DNA of 64,000 nucleotides, from the NCBI GenBank assembly GCA_965657355.1, contig CBFHOE010000003.1, positions 405,520 through 469,519 on the forward strand. Reading direction: 5' to 3'. Below, piece after piece: positions 47,432 through 57,660 of this stretch (the stretch's first letter is position 1; each line of letters starts with the position of its first letter). Below the pieces are notes generated by a model. That model had not been told where the DNA came from. It saw only the letters and a program-made list of their open reading frames with translations, and did not search any database. Made by a program: the position numbers and the translations under genes. This DNA comes from Limisphaerales bacterium (GTDB lineage: Bacteria > Verrucomicrobiota > Verrucomicrobiia > Limisphaerales > JAJOIW01).

Positions 47432-47917
47432 TTATTCCTTCACAGTGATTGGTTCGGGGACGTTTGTGTAATCCACTGGAACAGCATTTGTTGAATAACT
47501 GATTTTGAGGTCTGGAGCAGGACTCCAAGGAATTTCTTTTCTGTTCACAATCAATGCCCTCTTCATGAGCTCAATTTCGTTGCCAAATGCTGAGAACGTC
47601 ACAACCCCGGGAAGAAACATAAGGTCATGATATATAAACTTCCCAAATGGAAGCTCTTCATTTACATTTGTAAATGATACATCCTTGTTAACGATGGTGT
47701 TTTGCACAGGGATGTTTGCAATTGATATCACGGCATTAGTAATGCCTTTTTTGTGATTATTTATGGTGAGTCGTGCAGTGGAGTTTGTGTCAGTCCTAAA
47801 ATTTACAACCCAAGGACCATTATGCAATCTGAGATGTTCCATTCCCTTCCAAAGGAGAATGTAAGAGATAAGTGTGCCTAGGAACAAATATAACAGTGCG
47901 AATTTTTTGAACCTCAT
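47432..47917 (-). CDS. Hypothetical membrane-anchored protein
   Basis: N-terminal TM helix, GPWVVNF, LPFGKFIYHDLMFLPGVVT. Confidence 0.7.
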   Translation of the reverse strand: MRFKKFALLYLFLGTLISYILLWKGMEHLRLHNGPWVVNFRTDTNSTARLTINNHKKGITNAVISIANIPVQNTIVNKDVSFTNVNEELPFGKFIYHDLMFLPGVVTFSAFGNEIELMKRALIVNRKEIPWSPAPDLKISYSTNAVPVDYTNVPEPITVKE

Positions 47918-47982
47918 AGTCAAAGATGACCATCGTCGCGATCCCGATAAAGTCAAGTGAACTCTGATTTTAATCTCATATC

Positions 47983-49149
47983 ATGAATGAAAAAGATGCC
48001 TTTTTAGTTTTGAACATGTTGGCAAAAATCGGTCCTGTAACCGTTATTAGGCTTTTAAAGGAATACGGAAGTGCCGCGGCCATTTTAAAAGAGAAACCTG
48101 CAACACTTGAACTATTTCCAGCAGATGGAGAACATTTCCATAAAGGGGATTCTCCTCTTGTCCTGATTCGTAATTGGCAAAATCGGATTAATCTTTCACG
48201 TGAACTCAAATTGATTGAAAAAAATGATATAGATATACTCACATTAAAATGCAGTAGCTACCCTGGGCTTTTGAAAGAAATTCCTGACCCTCCAATCGTC
48301 CTCTACATCAAAGGTCATCACCAGGTATTTCAGAACGATTTTCTCAGCATCGTTGGAAGCAGAAAAACCAGTGACTACGGAGTTCAAACAACTAGCAAAA
48401 TAGCCACCTCTTTGGCTTTGAACGGTATCGGAGTTATCAGTGGAGGCGCGCGTGGCATTGATACAGCAGCCCATTGGGCGACAGTCCATGCAAATGGTAT
48501 TTCCATATGCGTCCTTGGACATGGTATGGGGCAAACTTATCCGGCAGAAAATGAAGCTCTTTACGGGAAACTCGCCGAAAAGGGGGCTGTAATAACTCAA
48601 TTTCCATACGACCGGAAAGGAGATAGACAAACTTTCCCAATCCGAAATCGCATTGTCGCAGGATTAACAATGGGAACCATTGTCGTCGAAGCATCTCTAG
48701 CCAGTGGCGCGATGATCACAGCACAAATGGCTCTTGACTATAATCGTGAGGTTTATGCTGTTCCAGGAACATATGGTTCCACAAATAGTCAAGGGTGCCA
48801 TCAGCTCATACGTGATGGTGCAACCTTGCTCGATTCCATGGAACCCATTATCCAAAACAGTCGCCAGCTATTCCCAAATTCCACCAAGATCTCAATAAGC
48901 CAAAAACCTCAAAAGACGGCTCAGAAAATGGTCTCTAATGAAAATTCTTTTCGATTCATTGAATCGTCCCTCGAGCCCAATCAACAGTGTATTTTAAAAA
49001 TTCTCGGTCCCAACCCCATTCAACTAGATCAAATTGTTCAACAATCTCAACTTCCTGTTCCCATTGTTCAGGTAGCGTTACTCAAACTCGAAATGCTCGA
49101 CCTTATCACATCACACGCCGGGAATAATTTTTCCCAAAACTTTAAATAA
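47983..49149 (+). CDS. dprA: DNA-processing protein DprA
   Basis: YPGLLKEIPDPPIVLYIKG, IVGSR, SGGARGIDTAAH, FPIRNRIVAGL, C-terminal winged helix LLKLEM. Confidence 0.96.
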   Translation: MNEKDAFLVLNMLAKIGPVTVIRLLKEYGSAAAILKEKPATLELFPADGEHFHKGDSPLVLIRNWQNRINLSRELKLIEKNDIDILTLKCSSYPGLLKEIPDPPIVLYIKGHHQVFQNDFLSIVGSRKTSDYGVQTTSKIATSLALNGIGVISGGARGIDTAAHWATVHANGISICVLGHGMGQTYPAENEALYGKLAEKGAVITQFPYDRKGDRQTFPIRNRIVAGLTMGTIVVEASLASGAMITAQMALDYNREVYAVPGTYGSTNSQGCHQLIRDGATLLDSMEPIIQNSRQLFPNSTKISISQKPQKTAQKMVSNENSFRFIESSLEPNQQCILKILGPNPIQLDQIVQQSQLPVPIVQVALLKLEMLDLITSHAGNNFSQNFK

Positions 49150-49357
49150 CGAATTTTAGAGAAAAATGCGCCTAAATTGCTTGTTATTGCCTGATTTTTA
49201 GGATAAAACACAAAATTCGCTCGTCTTTGGTTTGACAAAGCTCGATTTAGGCGAAATTGCAACATTAACTAAACTCTACAGTCGATTGGTCTCCGCGACT
49301 CGTAGAAAAAAACACGAGACCATCATCGCCGGGGGAAAAGCCCTGGTTTATCGCATT

Positions 49358-51049
49358 ATGCTAACAATGGAAGAAGTCCTGGAGAAGCAAAACCTTAATT
49401 TTGCCCCAGGTCAAATCGTGAAAGGCCTCGTTGTTGAGGTCCGAAGCAAGGAAATAATGGTCGACATCGGATACAAAAGTGAAGGTGTCATCAACGCAAA
49501 CGAATTCGAGAACGCTGAAGAAATTTCAACCGGTGACGAGGTTGAAGTTTTTATTGAGAGGCTAGAAGACCGCAATGGAATGGTCGTTCTCTCCAAAGAA
49601 AAAGCCGAATTCAAGCAGAATTGGGAAAAGATTCTTACTATTTGTAATGAAGGCGGTACCGTAAACGGTCGCGTCAAAGGAGTCGTCAAAGGAGGCCTGA
49701 TTGTCAATATTGGCGTTGAGGCATTCCTCCCCGCATCTCAAATCGATGTCATCCCCCCAAAAAATCTCAATGCCTACATGGGCAACACCTACCAATTCAA
49801 GGTGGTCAAGATTAATCAGGAAAGACAAAATATAGTTCTTTCACGTCGTGAATTGATTGAACAGGAGCGTATCGAAAAACGTGGTAAGCTCCTTGAGGAC
49901 ATGATGCCAGGGGATATCCGTAAAGGTACTGTCAAAAATATCACTGATTTTGGTGCGTTCATCGACCTTAATGGCATTGATGGGCTCCTTCACATCACTG
50001 ACATGAGCTGGGGTCGAATCGGGCACCCATCTGAAATGCTCACTGTTGGACAGGAAATTGATGTTGTTATCCTCGATATCAACCGCGACAAAGAACGCGT
50101 CTCACTCGGTCTTAAGCAGAAGCTTACTAATCCTTGGGATAATATCGATGACAAGTATCCTGTTGGTGCTAAAGTTGGCGGTAAAGTCGTCAATCTGGTT
50201 CCTTACGGTGCGTTTGTTGAACTCGAGCCAGGTGTTGAAGGTCTCGTCCACGTCACAGAATTGTCTTGGACAAAGAGAATTGCAAAACCATCCGACGTTC
50301 TCAAAGTAGATCAAGATTTGGAAGCTGTTGTCCTCGGTATCAATCGTGACGAGCAGAAAATTTCTCTCGGCATAAGACAGCTCGAAGCCAATCCATGGGA
50401 TGAATCTGAAAACAGGTATCCAATCGGTTCTAAAATTAAAGGAAAAGTTCGAAACCTTACCAGCTATGGTGCCTTTATCGAACTAGAAGAAGGCCTGGAT
50501 GGTATGGTTCACGTCTCCGATATATCGTGGACACGGAAAATTAACCACCCATCTGAAGTCCTCAAGAAAAGCGAAGAAGTTGAAGCCGTCGTCCTTGAGA
50601 TCGACCGGGAAAACCAGAGGATTGCGCTCGGTGTCAAGCAGCTCTCAGAAGATCCATGGGAGAAAATTGATGAACTCTACAAAGTCGGCGATCTCGTGGA
50701 GGGCAAAGTCACCAAGCTCGCAAGCTTTGGTGCCTTTGTTGGACTGGAACACGATATTGATGGACTTGTCCACATCTCACAGGTCAGCGAAGACCGGGTG
50801 GAAAAAATTAAGAACGTCCTCTCAGTTGGTCAAGATGTCAGCGCCCGCGTTATCAAAATCGATAAAGCAGAACGTCGAATCGGTCTTTCTATCAAGGCTG
50901 CTAATTACTCTCCCGAGCAATTGCAAGCCGAGCAGGAAGTTCTCGATTCCCTCAAACCTGGTGAAGATCTTGTGGCATTGCAACACGCTTTCGACGCTGT
51001 TGACGACGCCGTTCGCTCACCAGAAGAAGAGGAACAAAACGAGGGTTAA
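49358..51049 (+). CDS. rpsA: 30S ribosomal protein S1
   Basis: Six S1 repeats (VDIGYKSEG, AFLPASQID, FGAFIDL..DGLLHITDMSW, etc.). ATG 49358 preferred over TTG 49232. Confidence 0.97.
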   Translation: MLTMEEVLEKQNLNFAPGQIVKGLVVEVRSKEIMVDIGYKSEGVINANEFENAEEISTGDEVEVFIERLEDRNGMVVLSKEKAEFKQNWEKILTICNEGGTVNGRVKGVVKGGLIVNIGVEAFLPASQIDVIPPKNLNAYMGNTYQFKVVKINQERQNIVLSRRELIEQERIEKRGKLLEDMMPGDIRKGTVKNITDFGAFIDLNGIDGLLHITDMSWGRIGHPSEMLTVGQEIDVVILDINRDKERVSLGLKQKLTNPWDNIDDKYPVGAKVGGKVVNLVPYGAFVELEPGVEGLVHVTELSWTKRIAKPSDVLKVDQDLEAVVLGINRDEQKISLGIRQLEANPWDESENRYPIGSKIKGKVRNLTSYGAFIELEEGLDGMVHVSDISWTRKINHPSEVLKKSEEVEAVVLEIDRENQRIALGVKQLSEDPWEKIDELYKVGDLVEGKVTKLASFGAFVGLEHDIDGLVHISQVSEDRVEKIKNVLSVGQDVSARVIKIDKAERRIGLSIKAANYSPEQLQAEQEVLDSLKPGEDLVALQHAFDAVDDAVRSPEEEEQNEG

Positions 51050-51083
51050 TGACAGAGACTCGCTAGTTATTTTAATTATTCGC

Positions 51084-51114
51084 AAAGAGGCCAATTCATT
51101 GGCCTCTTTTTTTT
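51084..51114 (+). terminator. Rho-independent terminator
   Basis: AAAGAGGCCAA-TTCA-TTGGCCTCTTT followed by more T, after rpsA. Confidence 0.9.
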
Positions 51115-51197
51115 ATGAAATTTTATGAAATAAATCCCGAAGATCAGCGAATCATTTAATATTTAACTATGATTTTGATCTTTTGATCTTTTAATTT

Positions 51198-51824
51198 TTG
51201 ACAGTCATGATGGATGTATACTCTGATGATCAGTCCTGCCGGACTAGAATAACTCTTATTCAAAGGCTTGGAGATCGCCTTGAGTCAGATTGGCAGCAGT
51301 TTTTTGATACTTATTGGCGATTGATATACCACGAAGCACAAAAAAAGAATTTATCCCCCGCTGATTGTGAGGAGGTTGTTCAAGATACAATAATGGCAAT
51401 TTTTAAAAATGCTGAATCATTCCGATATGATCCGGCCAAAGGAAAATTCCGAAGCTACCTCATGACCGTCACTCGAAACAAAATCAATGACCGTTATAGG
51501 CAGCTTTACAAAGAGGATAGGATGAGAGAATTAAATCCAAGCCTCACTCATCTAAATCACAGTTCAAACAATCCCAATGAATTAGAAAGCGAATGGGGAG
51601 AAGAATGGAAAAAAAATATACTCCACGCTGCCATGGACAATATTAAAAAAAAAATCAATCCCAAGCATTTCCAAGTCTTTTATTTTCTCAATTTTGAAGA
51701 CCTTTCTCCGAAAGAGGTGAGTCAATTCTTAAAGATTAATCGAATGCAAATTTATATTATTAATTTTCGAGTTAAAAAAGCTCTCACAGACGAAGCCAGA
51801 AGGTTGGAAAAAGAGTTTGTTTGA
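51198..51824 (+). CDS. ECF-type RNA polymerase sigma factor
   Basis: TRITLIQRL, WQQFFDTYW, DCEEVVQD, FRYDPAKGKFRSYL, region 4 HTH. Confidence 0.92.
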   Translation: MTVMMDVYSDDQSCRTRITLIQRLGDRLESDWQQFFDTYWRLIYHEAQKKNLSPADCEEVVQDTIMAIFKNAESFRYDPAKGKFRSYLMTVTRNKINDRYRQLYKEDRMRELNPSLTHLNHSSNNPNELESEWGEEWKKNILHAAMDNIKKKINPKHFQVFYFLNFEDLSPKEVSQFLKINRMQIYIINFRVKKALTDEARRLEKEFV

Positions 51825-52113
51825 TTATATAGTAATTGCTGTCCTCGACGACCTATTGGGTTCTATAAGAATTACAAAAAGATTCTCATTAAGTTGGTAA
51901 TACGCAAAAAAATATCTCATGGACGACTTATCCACGAATACTGAAAACGGTCATCGTATAGCCCGTATGGAAAGGAAACTTAAGTCAAATTGTGACTCAA
52001 AATTAAAGGGAGTGCACACATCAAAAAATCATCACATTCGATGATGGTTATGGTAGGAGTTGTTACAGCATCTAATTCTCTATCATATTTCTAAAATAAA
52101 AACCCCTCGAGTT

Positions 52114-55100
52114 ATGTTTCATGAAAAGGCCAAAGGTCTCCAATATGCAAATTTTAGTGGAGCCATCCCAGATCATAAAATCATACGCTGTATTGGTGAA
52201 GGTGCTTTTGGTAGAGTTTGGCTGGCAGTCAATACCCTTGGGGCTTACAGAGCCGTCAAGACGATTGAGAGGTCTAAATTTCAGTCTTCCAAAAAGGGTT
52301 TTGAGATCGAATGGGAAGGCATTAAAAAATACGCTGAAATTAGTCTTTCTCAGCCGCGAATGGTAGCGATCTTTCATGTGGGCAGGGCTGATGACGATTC
52401 TTATTTTTATTATATCATGGAATTGGGTGATGATATAGCTCAAGGTCGAAACATCCAACCAGCCGTTTATCAGCCCCATACGCTAGAGGCCCAGATTTTT
52501 TCATTGAGGAAGAGACTTTCGATAAAGGAATGTACTGATATTGGGATCCACCTTAGCGAAGCTTTGTATCAATTCCACTCAAATGGATTACTCCACAGAG
52601 ACGTTAAGCCAGCGAATATAATATATGCTCATGGAGTCCCTAAATTAACAGATATTGGGTTGGTTTCGAAGATTGACGATCTTAGCGATAATCAAATCGG
52701 AACCGAAGGTTTTTCTCCCATCGAGGGCTCAAATTCTGTCGCTTCGGATATATATAGTCTTGGTAAAACTCTTTATGAGGCGGCCACTGGATTAGATAGA
52801 AAACAATTCCCTACTCCCCCCAAGTCGTGGAAGAACACCCTCGAACGTGACGCTTTTGCTGAACTAAATGATGTTTTAACAACAGCGTGCCACCCCGATG
52901 TTAATTTCCGCTATTCCAACTGTATGGATATGCACAGTGACCTCTTGTGCATGAAAAGAGGTAAGTCATTGCGGAAATACAAAGAACAAGAAAAGACTTT
53001 AGAAAATTTAAAAATAGTAACGAAAGTTAGCTTTGCTATATTTGCTGTGCTCATCGCTATCATTTTGGTCCTTATTCAGAAAGCACAATTTGAACGGGAA
53101 TTCACAAATTATTATGCAAGTCAAACAATCGAAGGATACACATCCCTCGGGCTCGATGAAAATCAATTAGCTATTCACAAAAGTATTGTTCCAGTTTTAG
53201 ATAATTTTACCTCTCTTGCTAACTCTGATCCAAGTTTTGAAGACTCAATAACTGGGAAACTTTTTGCTTCGTCAATAAATGATTTTCCTACATTGGAATA
53301 CGTGGGAATCATTGGAGAAAGAGAAAAGGATGGTCATAGTAATTATACGGTTGATGGATCGGGAAATCCCATAGCATTGAAAAAATGCATTTTTTCTTCA
53401 GACCAAAAGTCAGCCATTATATCCGGAGAAAACGGTTTTCTGGCCGTTTTCGAAATACCGTATAACTATGCTTTAATTAAAAATCGGAATCCCATTGAGC
53501 TAAAGGTTTTGCAAAAACTTAGCGGCAGTGCTTCCCATGCTTTGGCTGTTCACCCAGAACTTAACTACGCCTATACGGCTGGTGAAGGGGCAGATGTAAA
53601 TGTATACGACATAAGCACCACTGCCTATTTAGGTTCACTAGAAATAGACCAAACCGAATCAAAAAATTTCCCCTCCGATATTAAAATATCACCTGATGGG
53701 ACTCATGTTGGGGTAAGCTATCGTCATGGTCAATTCGCTGTATTTGACTGTGCCAGTTTTCAAAAGGTTTCGAATACTGCAGAACTCAAAGGCCCAACAG
53801 AAGGCTTGGAGAATATTCAATCCTTTGAATGGGGTCATTCCGGAAAATATATCATTGCGGTGGGACAGTTTCATGGTTTCAAGAGGGGGGCGCAAGATCG
53901 TTTTCCTTACTGCCTCATTACAGCCGATAAAGACAAAGATGGCTTTATTAATCTTGAACCTTTACACACATTTAAAGCAAGCACGGGAAGGGGAGCTAAT
54001 TCTATTGTTCGCACGGGTTATTCGAATGAGTTCATTTTAGATAACAGCGATTTTAACTTCTATAAGCTAATGGTTGACGAAGATTCAATAGATCTTCAAA
54101 AAGGTTTCGATAGTATTATTCAATTTTCTTCGATTAGAAATAATTCCGATCCTTCTTCACACCTTGAGTTCCAAAAATCACTAAAATTATTAGCTGTTAT
54201 TCGAAATAATGGTTGGTTGAGTGTTTTTCAAGGCGTAGATACTATTAGGCAACTAGTTGATCTCCCTCATCCTATAAAACTTAATCACTGTGATATTTCG
54301 AGGAATGGGCGGCATATAATTTCAGTTTGTGAGGATGGCTCTTTTAGGCTTTGGGATCTGGCTGGTGCGAAGGTCCAAAAAGGGCAGCATGCTGATGGTT
54401 TTGTTCACGACCGTGGACTTGTCGTGAATTACGATGGGCAAGGAGGACTTTCTCTAAATCACTTAAACCCGAACTCTGAAGCTTCGGTTGCTAAAGTCGC
54501 TCCTATAACACTTGGTAAATCAGAATATCCTATACAAGGATTCAAGACATCACTGGATGGTAATCACCTTGCTTTAAAATATACCACTGGCAGCTATGTA
54601 TTTTGGGGAGTATTGCCAAATGACTCTCAAAACAAAAAACATGCAATGACCAAAAAACAAGACTTTACTTCAGTCATTGAATCATCGCCACAAGATGAAA
54701 TAGATTTTAACATTAATCCATTTCTTGAATTCAAGTTCAAAGAATTACAAAAAGAAGTTTGTGAGCTAAAAATTTCAAATAATAAAAGGGCTATAACGAT
54801 CAGTGGACTTTCAAGATCATCTAAACCAATTTATGTCTTAACCCCTGATAGGTCATTTATATTGGTCGGACTAAAAGGCTTAAAAAAGAGACTGAGCGAC
54901 CCTGCAGAAAAAAGTGGACCTCGCATAATTGTCTATAATTCGCAAACTCTCGAAAAGGTTTCTGAGTTTGATGAGTTTGAAGGGTGGGGAGATTTTACCT
55001 CAATCTCATTTAGTGATTCAGGAAAGTCGGTTTTATTCACATTGCTGGGCGAAGGTTCAGAATATAATGAATCAGCGCTGCACGGATTTGATACAAATAA

Positions 55101-55752
55101 AGGGCAGATAAAAAAGAAACGTGGAGCCGTATCTTATAAAGCAGGTGCCTATACTGGTGGTATATTCTCAGAGGAAGACGTGTTTATTACCGCTGGCGCG
55201 TCCTCAAATATCTCAAGTGTCCGCATACTTAAAAATGAAAAAAAGTTATCCGAGTTTTTTATCCCTACCTTCGTTGATAGTATTAATTTTAAAGATGACC
55301 AAACGACAATGTATTTTACCTCTCGATTCGGTGGGCCATATTTTTGGTCATTAAAAACTAAATCTCCAGTGCCTTTGAAATTAAGCCGGGCCGGGGTAAT
55401 CATTTCCTCAATATATATACCTAAAGATAATCGTTTTGTAGCGGGCTTCGACTCAAATAATAATAGAGTCATTATCGAAAATTTTAAGGACACCCTATCG
55501 ATCACGGATGCGAGGGATTTCTATCATTTAATCTTTCATCCATATGTTGAGCTCATCAATAAGCATCAGACACGTTCAATTTTAGAAATATTTGAATCCC
55601 TTACAGAAAAATTTCCAACATACTTTTACTCAACTGCATCCGAAGTGAAGTCCTACTATGAATATCTCATAGATGTGGCTTACCCATATGATTCACCTGA
55701 AGCTCAGTCGGTTAAAGATTTTGTAGAAAATGAAATGAGTAAGTTGTATTAG
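52114..55752 (+). CDS. Hanks-type Ser/Thr protein kinase with TM segment and WD40-like repeats
   Basis: IGEGAFGRVW, AVK, YYIMEL, HRDVKPANI, DIG, GTEGF, SDIYSLG, then a TM helix and WD-like repeats (EDGSFRLWD). Start may be TTG 52060. Confidence 0.9.
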   Translation: MFHEKAKGLQYANFSGAIPDHKIIRCIGEGAFGRVWLAVNTLGAYRAVKTIERSKFQSSKKGFEIEWEGIKKYAEISLSQPRMVAIFHVGRADDDSYFYYIMELGDDIAQGRNIQPAVYQPHTLEAQIFSLRKRLSIKECTDIGIHLSEALYQFHSNGLLHRDVKPANIIYAHGVPKLTDIGLVSKIDDLSDNQIGTEGFSPIEGSNSVASDIYSLGKTLYEAATGLDRKQFPTPPKSWKNTLERDAFAELNDVLTTACHPDVNFRYSNCMDMHSDLLCMKRGKSLRKYKEQEKTLENLKIVTKVSFAIFAVLIAIILVLIQKAQFEREFTNYYASQTIEGYTSLGLDENQLAIHKSIVPVLDNFTSLANSDPSFEDSITGKLFASSINDFPTLEYVGIIGEREKDGHSNYTVDGSGNPIALKKCIFSSDQKSAIISGENGFLAVFEIPYNYALIKNRNPIELKVLQKLSGSASHALAVHPELNYAYTAGEGADVNVYDISTTAYLGSLEIDQTESKNFPSDIKISPDGTHVGVSYRHGQFAVFDCASFQKVSNTAELKGPTEGLENIQSFEWGHSGKYIIAVGQFHGFKRGAQDRFPYCLITADKDKDGFINLEPLHTFKASTGRGANSIVRTGYSNEFILDNSDFNFYKLMVDEDSIDLQKGFDSIIQFSSIRNNSDPSSHLEFQKSLKLLAVIRNNGWLSVFQGVDTIRQLVDLPHPIKLNHCDISRNGRHIISVCEDGSFRLWDLAGAKVQKGQHADGFVHDRGLVVNYDGQGGLSLNHLNPNSEASVAKVAPITLGKSEYPIQGFKTSLDGNHLALKYTTGSYVFWGVLPNDSQNKKHAMTKKQDFTSVIESSPQDEIDFNINPFLEFKFKELQKEVCELKISNNKRAITISGLSRSSKPIYVLTPDRSFILVGLKGLKKRLSDPAEKSGPRIIVYNSQTLEKVSEFDEFEGWGDFTSISFSDSGKSVLFTLLGEGSEYNESALHGFDTNKGQIKKKRGAVSYKAGAYTGGIFSEEDVFITAGASSNISSVRILKNEKKLSEFFIPTFVDSINFKDDQTTMYFTSRFGGPYFWSLKTKSPVPLKLSRAGVIISSIYIPKDNRFVAGFDSNNNRVIIENFKDTLSITDARDFYHLIFHPYVELINKHQTRSILEIFESLTEKFPTYFYSTASEVKSYYEYLIDVAYPYDSPEAQSVKDFVENEMSKLY

Positions 55753-55767
55753 CCCGTGATTATGGTA

Positions 55768-56412
55768 TCAACTTTCAGCGTTATTTTGGTAGGCTAATAT
55801 TTTTTCAACGACAAGCTTTGTAATGGAGTCCGCTGGTTGAGTTGAGTCAATTTTTGTAATTCTTCCGGGAAACATTTTGGCCACCTTGTCAAATGCTTGG
55901 CTTAAGTTCTCAATTGTTTCCAGATCGGCATTGTCGAACCTATCAGCCTCGGGTTTCTTCTCAAGATTTAATCGAGATTGTATGCGTTCCTTTATGATTT
56001 CAATTGGAGCATGGAATAGGAATGTCATATCTGGCATTCGGCCATGGGTTGCTATTTGGCATATGTTTTTTATTTCCTCAAAAGGGAGGTTTTTGGCTAT
56101 TCCCTGGTAGACCAAAGTTGAATCGATATATCTGTCCGCAACTACAATAGAATTTTTTTTAAGTTCAGGTTCGATCACGTCATTTACCAGCTGGTGTCTT
56201 GCAGCTGAAATAAGAAATGCTTCACACCAGCCCGTTAATTCTGTTTTTTCAGGTGGCGCTTTAAAGATTTTTCGGATTGCTTCACCTACTGGAGTGGCCC
56301 CGGGTTCCCTTACAGTAACAATTTTGAAGCCCTTATTTTCCAGGGCTTCCTTTACGGCATGTAACTGGGTGGATTTTCCAGTTCCTTCGTTTCCTTCAAA
56401 AGAAATAAACAA
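55768..56412 (-). CDS. tmk: Thymidylate kinase
   Basis: FISFEGNEGTGKSTQ, REPG, ADRYIDSTLVYQG, PDMTF. Confidence 0.95.
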   Translation of the reverse strand: MFISFEGNEGTGKSTQLHAVKEALENKGFKIVTVREPGATPVGEAIRKIFKAPPEKTELTGWCEAFLISAARHQLVNDVIEPELKKNSIVVADRYIDSTLVYQGIAKNLPFEEIKNICQIATHGRMPDMTFLFHAPIEIIKERIQSRLNLEKKPEADRFDNADLETIENLSQAFDKVAKMFPGRITKIDSTQPADSITKLVVEKILAYQNNAES

Positions 56413-56430
56413 ATTTGTCCTCTGTTAAAT

Positions 56431-57414
56431 TTAGTTTTTATCTTCTTTTTGAAGTCTTGGATCGGAAATAGGTCTAAGAGCATTAAATTTGCCCAGTTCA
56501 CTACTTTCGATGATTTGAATAGTGCCATTTTGTTTTTTCACTTTCTCATTCTCCATCATCACTTCTTTTGGAATTCTAATCGTTTCCGTTGGTTTGTTTG
56601 TCAATAAATAGTCCACCAATGAAGAAACCTGCTTATCATCTAATGGGCCCCCCTGGCTCTTATGGAATGCCGGCATTAACGATCCCTTTCTACCGTATTT
56701 GATCCAAACCTCCCAATAGATTTTGTCCATCGTTTTGTCGAGCTTCGCTAAATTAGGCACAATGCTCGCCTGATTAGGCGAATTATGGCAAATGCCACAG
56801 GCCCGGTCATATAACTTTTTTCCAGTAAGGCCTTTGGTGGGTGTGGAATGACACTTAGCACATTTTCCGCGAAAAACTATCTGCCTATCCCTCAACGCAA
56901 TTATTTGATTTTTCTGACGTTCGGACAGCGCTTCTCTGCTTCTTTTTGAACTTGGCTTTTTCCCCGGTGGGATTATGGATCGCACCTTGAGCGTTTGTGC
57001 TCCTGCGTTAGTAAAAACATAGACGCTTTTTGTGACCGTCCCCGTTCTTCCTAAAAGATCCATCTTAACTTCGATCAAGTCCTTCGCCCCGGGGCGAATA
57101 ATCCAAGGGTTTTTTTTAATCACTGAAGTGCACCCACATGATGTTTGCACGTTTTCGATGACAACACTTTCATTAGTGATATTTGTGGCAGTGAACTTAA
57201 AGATAGCCTCTTTATCCCCCGATTTGGTTGCCTGGCTTTTTTCAATAGCATCAAATTTCAATGGACCCTTTTCGTTTTCCGATTTTGAGAGGCTTTGTGC
57301 TTTAAGATCACTTAAGGAGGTAGGTGATAGTGAAAAAATGATAGCGGCGATTAAAACAAGGAAGGCTCTCATCCTCATAAAAAATTTCCCTCTTGGTATG
57401 ACTATTAAATTCAT
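56431..57414 (-). CDS. DUF1573 Ig-like domain + di-heme cytochrome c protein
   Basis: Signal peptide, VQTSCGCT, heme motifs CAKCH and CGICH, LMPAF..GGPL. Confidence 0.85.
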   Translation of the reverse strand: MNLIVIPRGKFFMRMRAFLVLIAAIIFSLSPTSLSDLKAQSLSKSENEKGPLKFDAIEKSQATKSGDKEAIFKFTATNITNESVVIENVQTSCGCTSVIKKNPWIIRPGAKDLIEVKMDLLGRTGTVTKSVYVFTNAGAQTLKVRSIIPPGKKPSSKRSREALSERQKNQIIALRDRQIVFRGKCAKCHSTPTKGLTGKKLYDRACGICHNSPNQASIVPNLAKLDKTMDKIYWEVWIKYGRKGSLMPAFHKSQGGPLDDKQVSSLVDYLLTNKPTETIRIPKEVMMENEKVKKQNGTIQIIESSELGKFNALRPISDPRLQKEDKN

Positions 57415-57599
57415 CTTTTTTGCTCCGATTTATCTCTCTAATTGAGCAGTTGAATAACAATAACTCTTTTAATTTCGAAGATTTGTCAACCATGGTCGAA
57501 CAAATTATCTTTCTGATATTACTAGTGTATGTCTTTCTAATTAGGACATCGCGCCCACTAAATAGTTACCCTTTAGATCCACTAACCTTTCAGATCAAC

Positions 57600-57631
57600 A
57601 AAAAAGCTCAGGCAACCTTATCCTGAGCTTT
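57600..57631 (-). terminator. Rho-independent terminator after pilT
   Basis: Minus strand AAAGCTCAGG-N9-CCTGAGCTTTTTT. Confidence 0.8.
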
Positions 57632-57660
57632 AAAATTTTTTCTGACAGTTTGGTTTGAAA

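Noticed and set aside
50499..51128. 209-aa alternate-frame ORF in rpsA
   Set aside because: It overlaps a conserved, codon-biased gene and runs through its terminator, so it is likely a by-product of codon bias.
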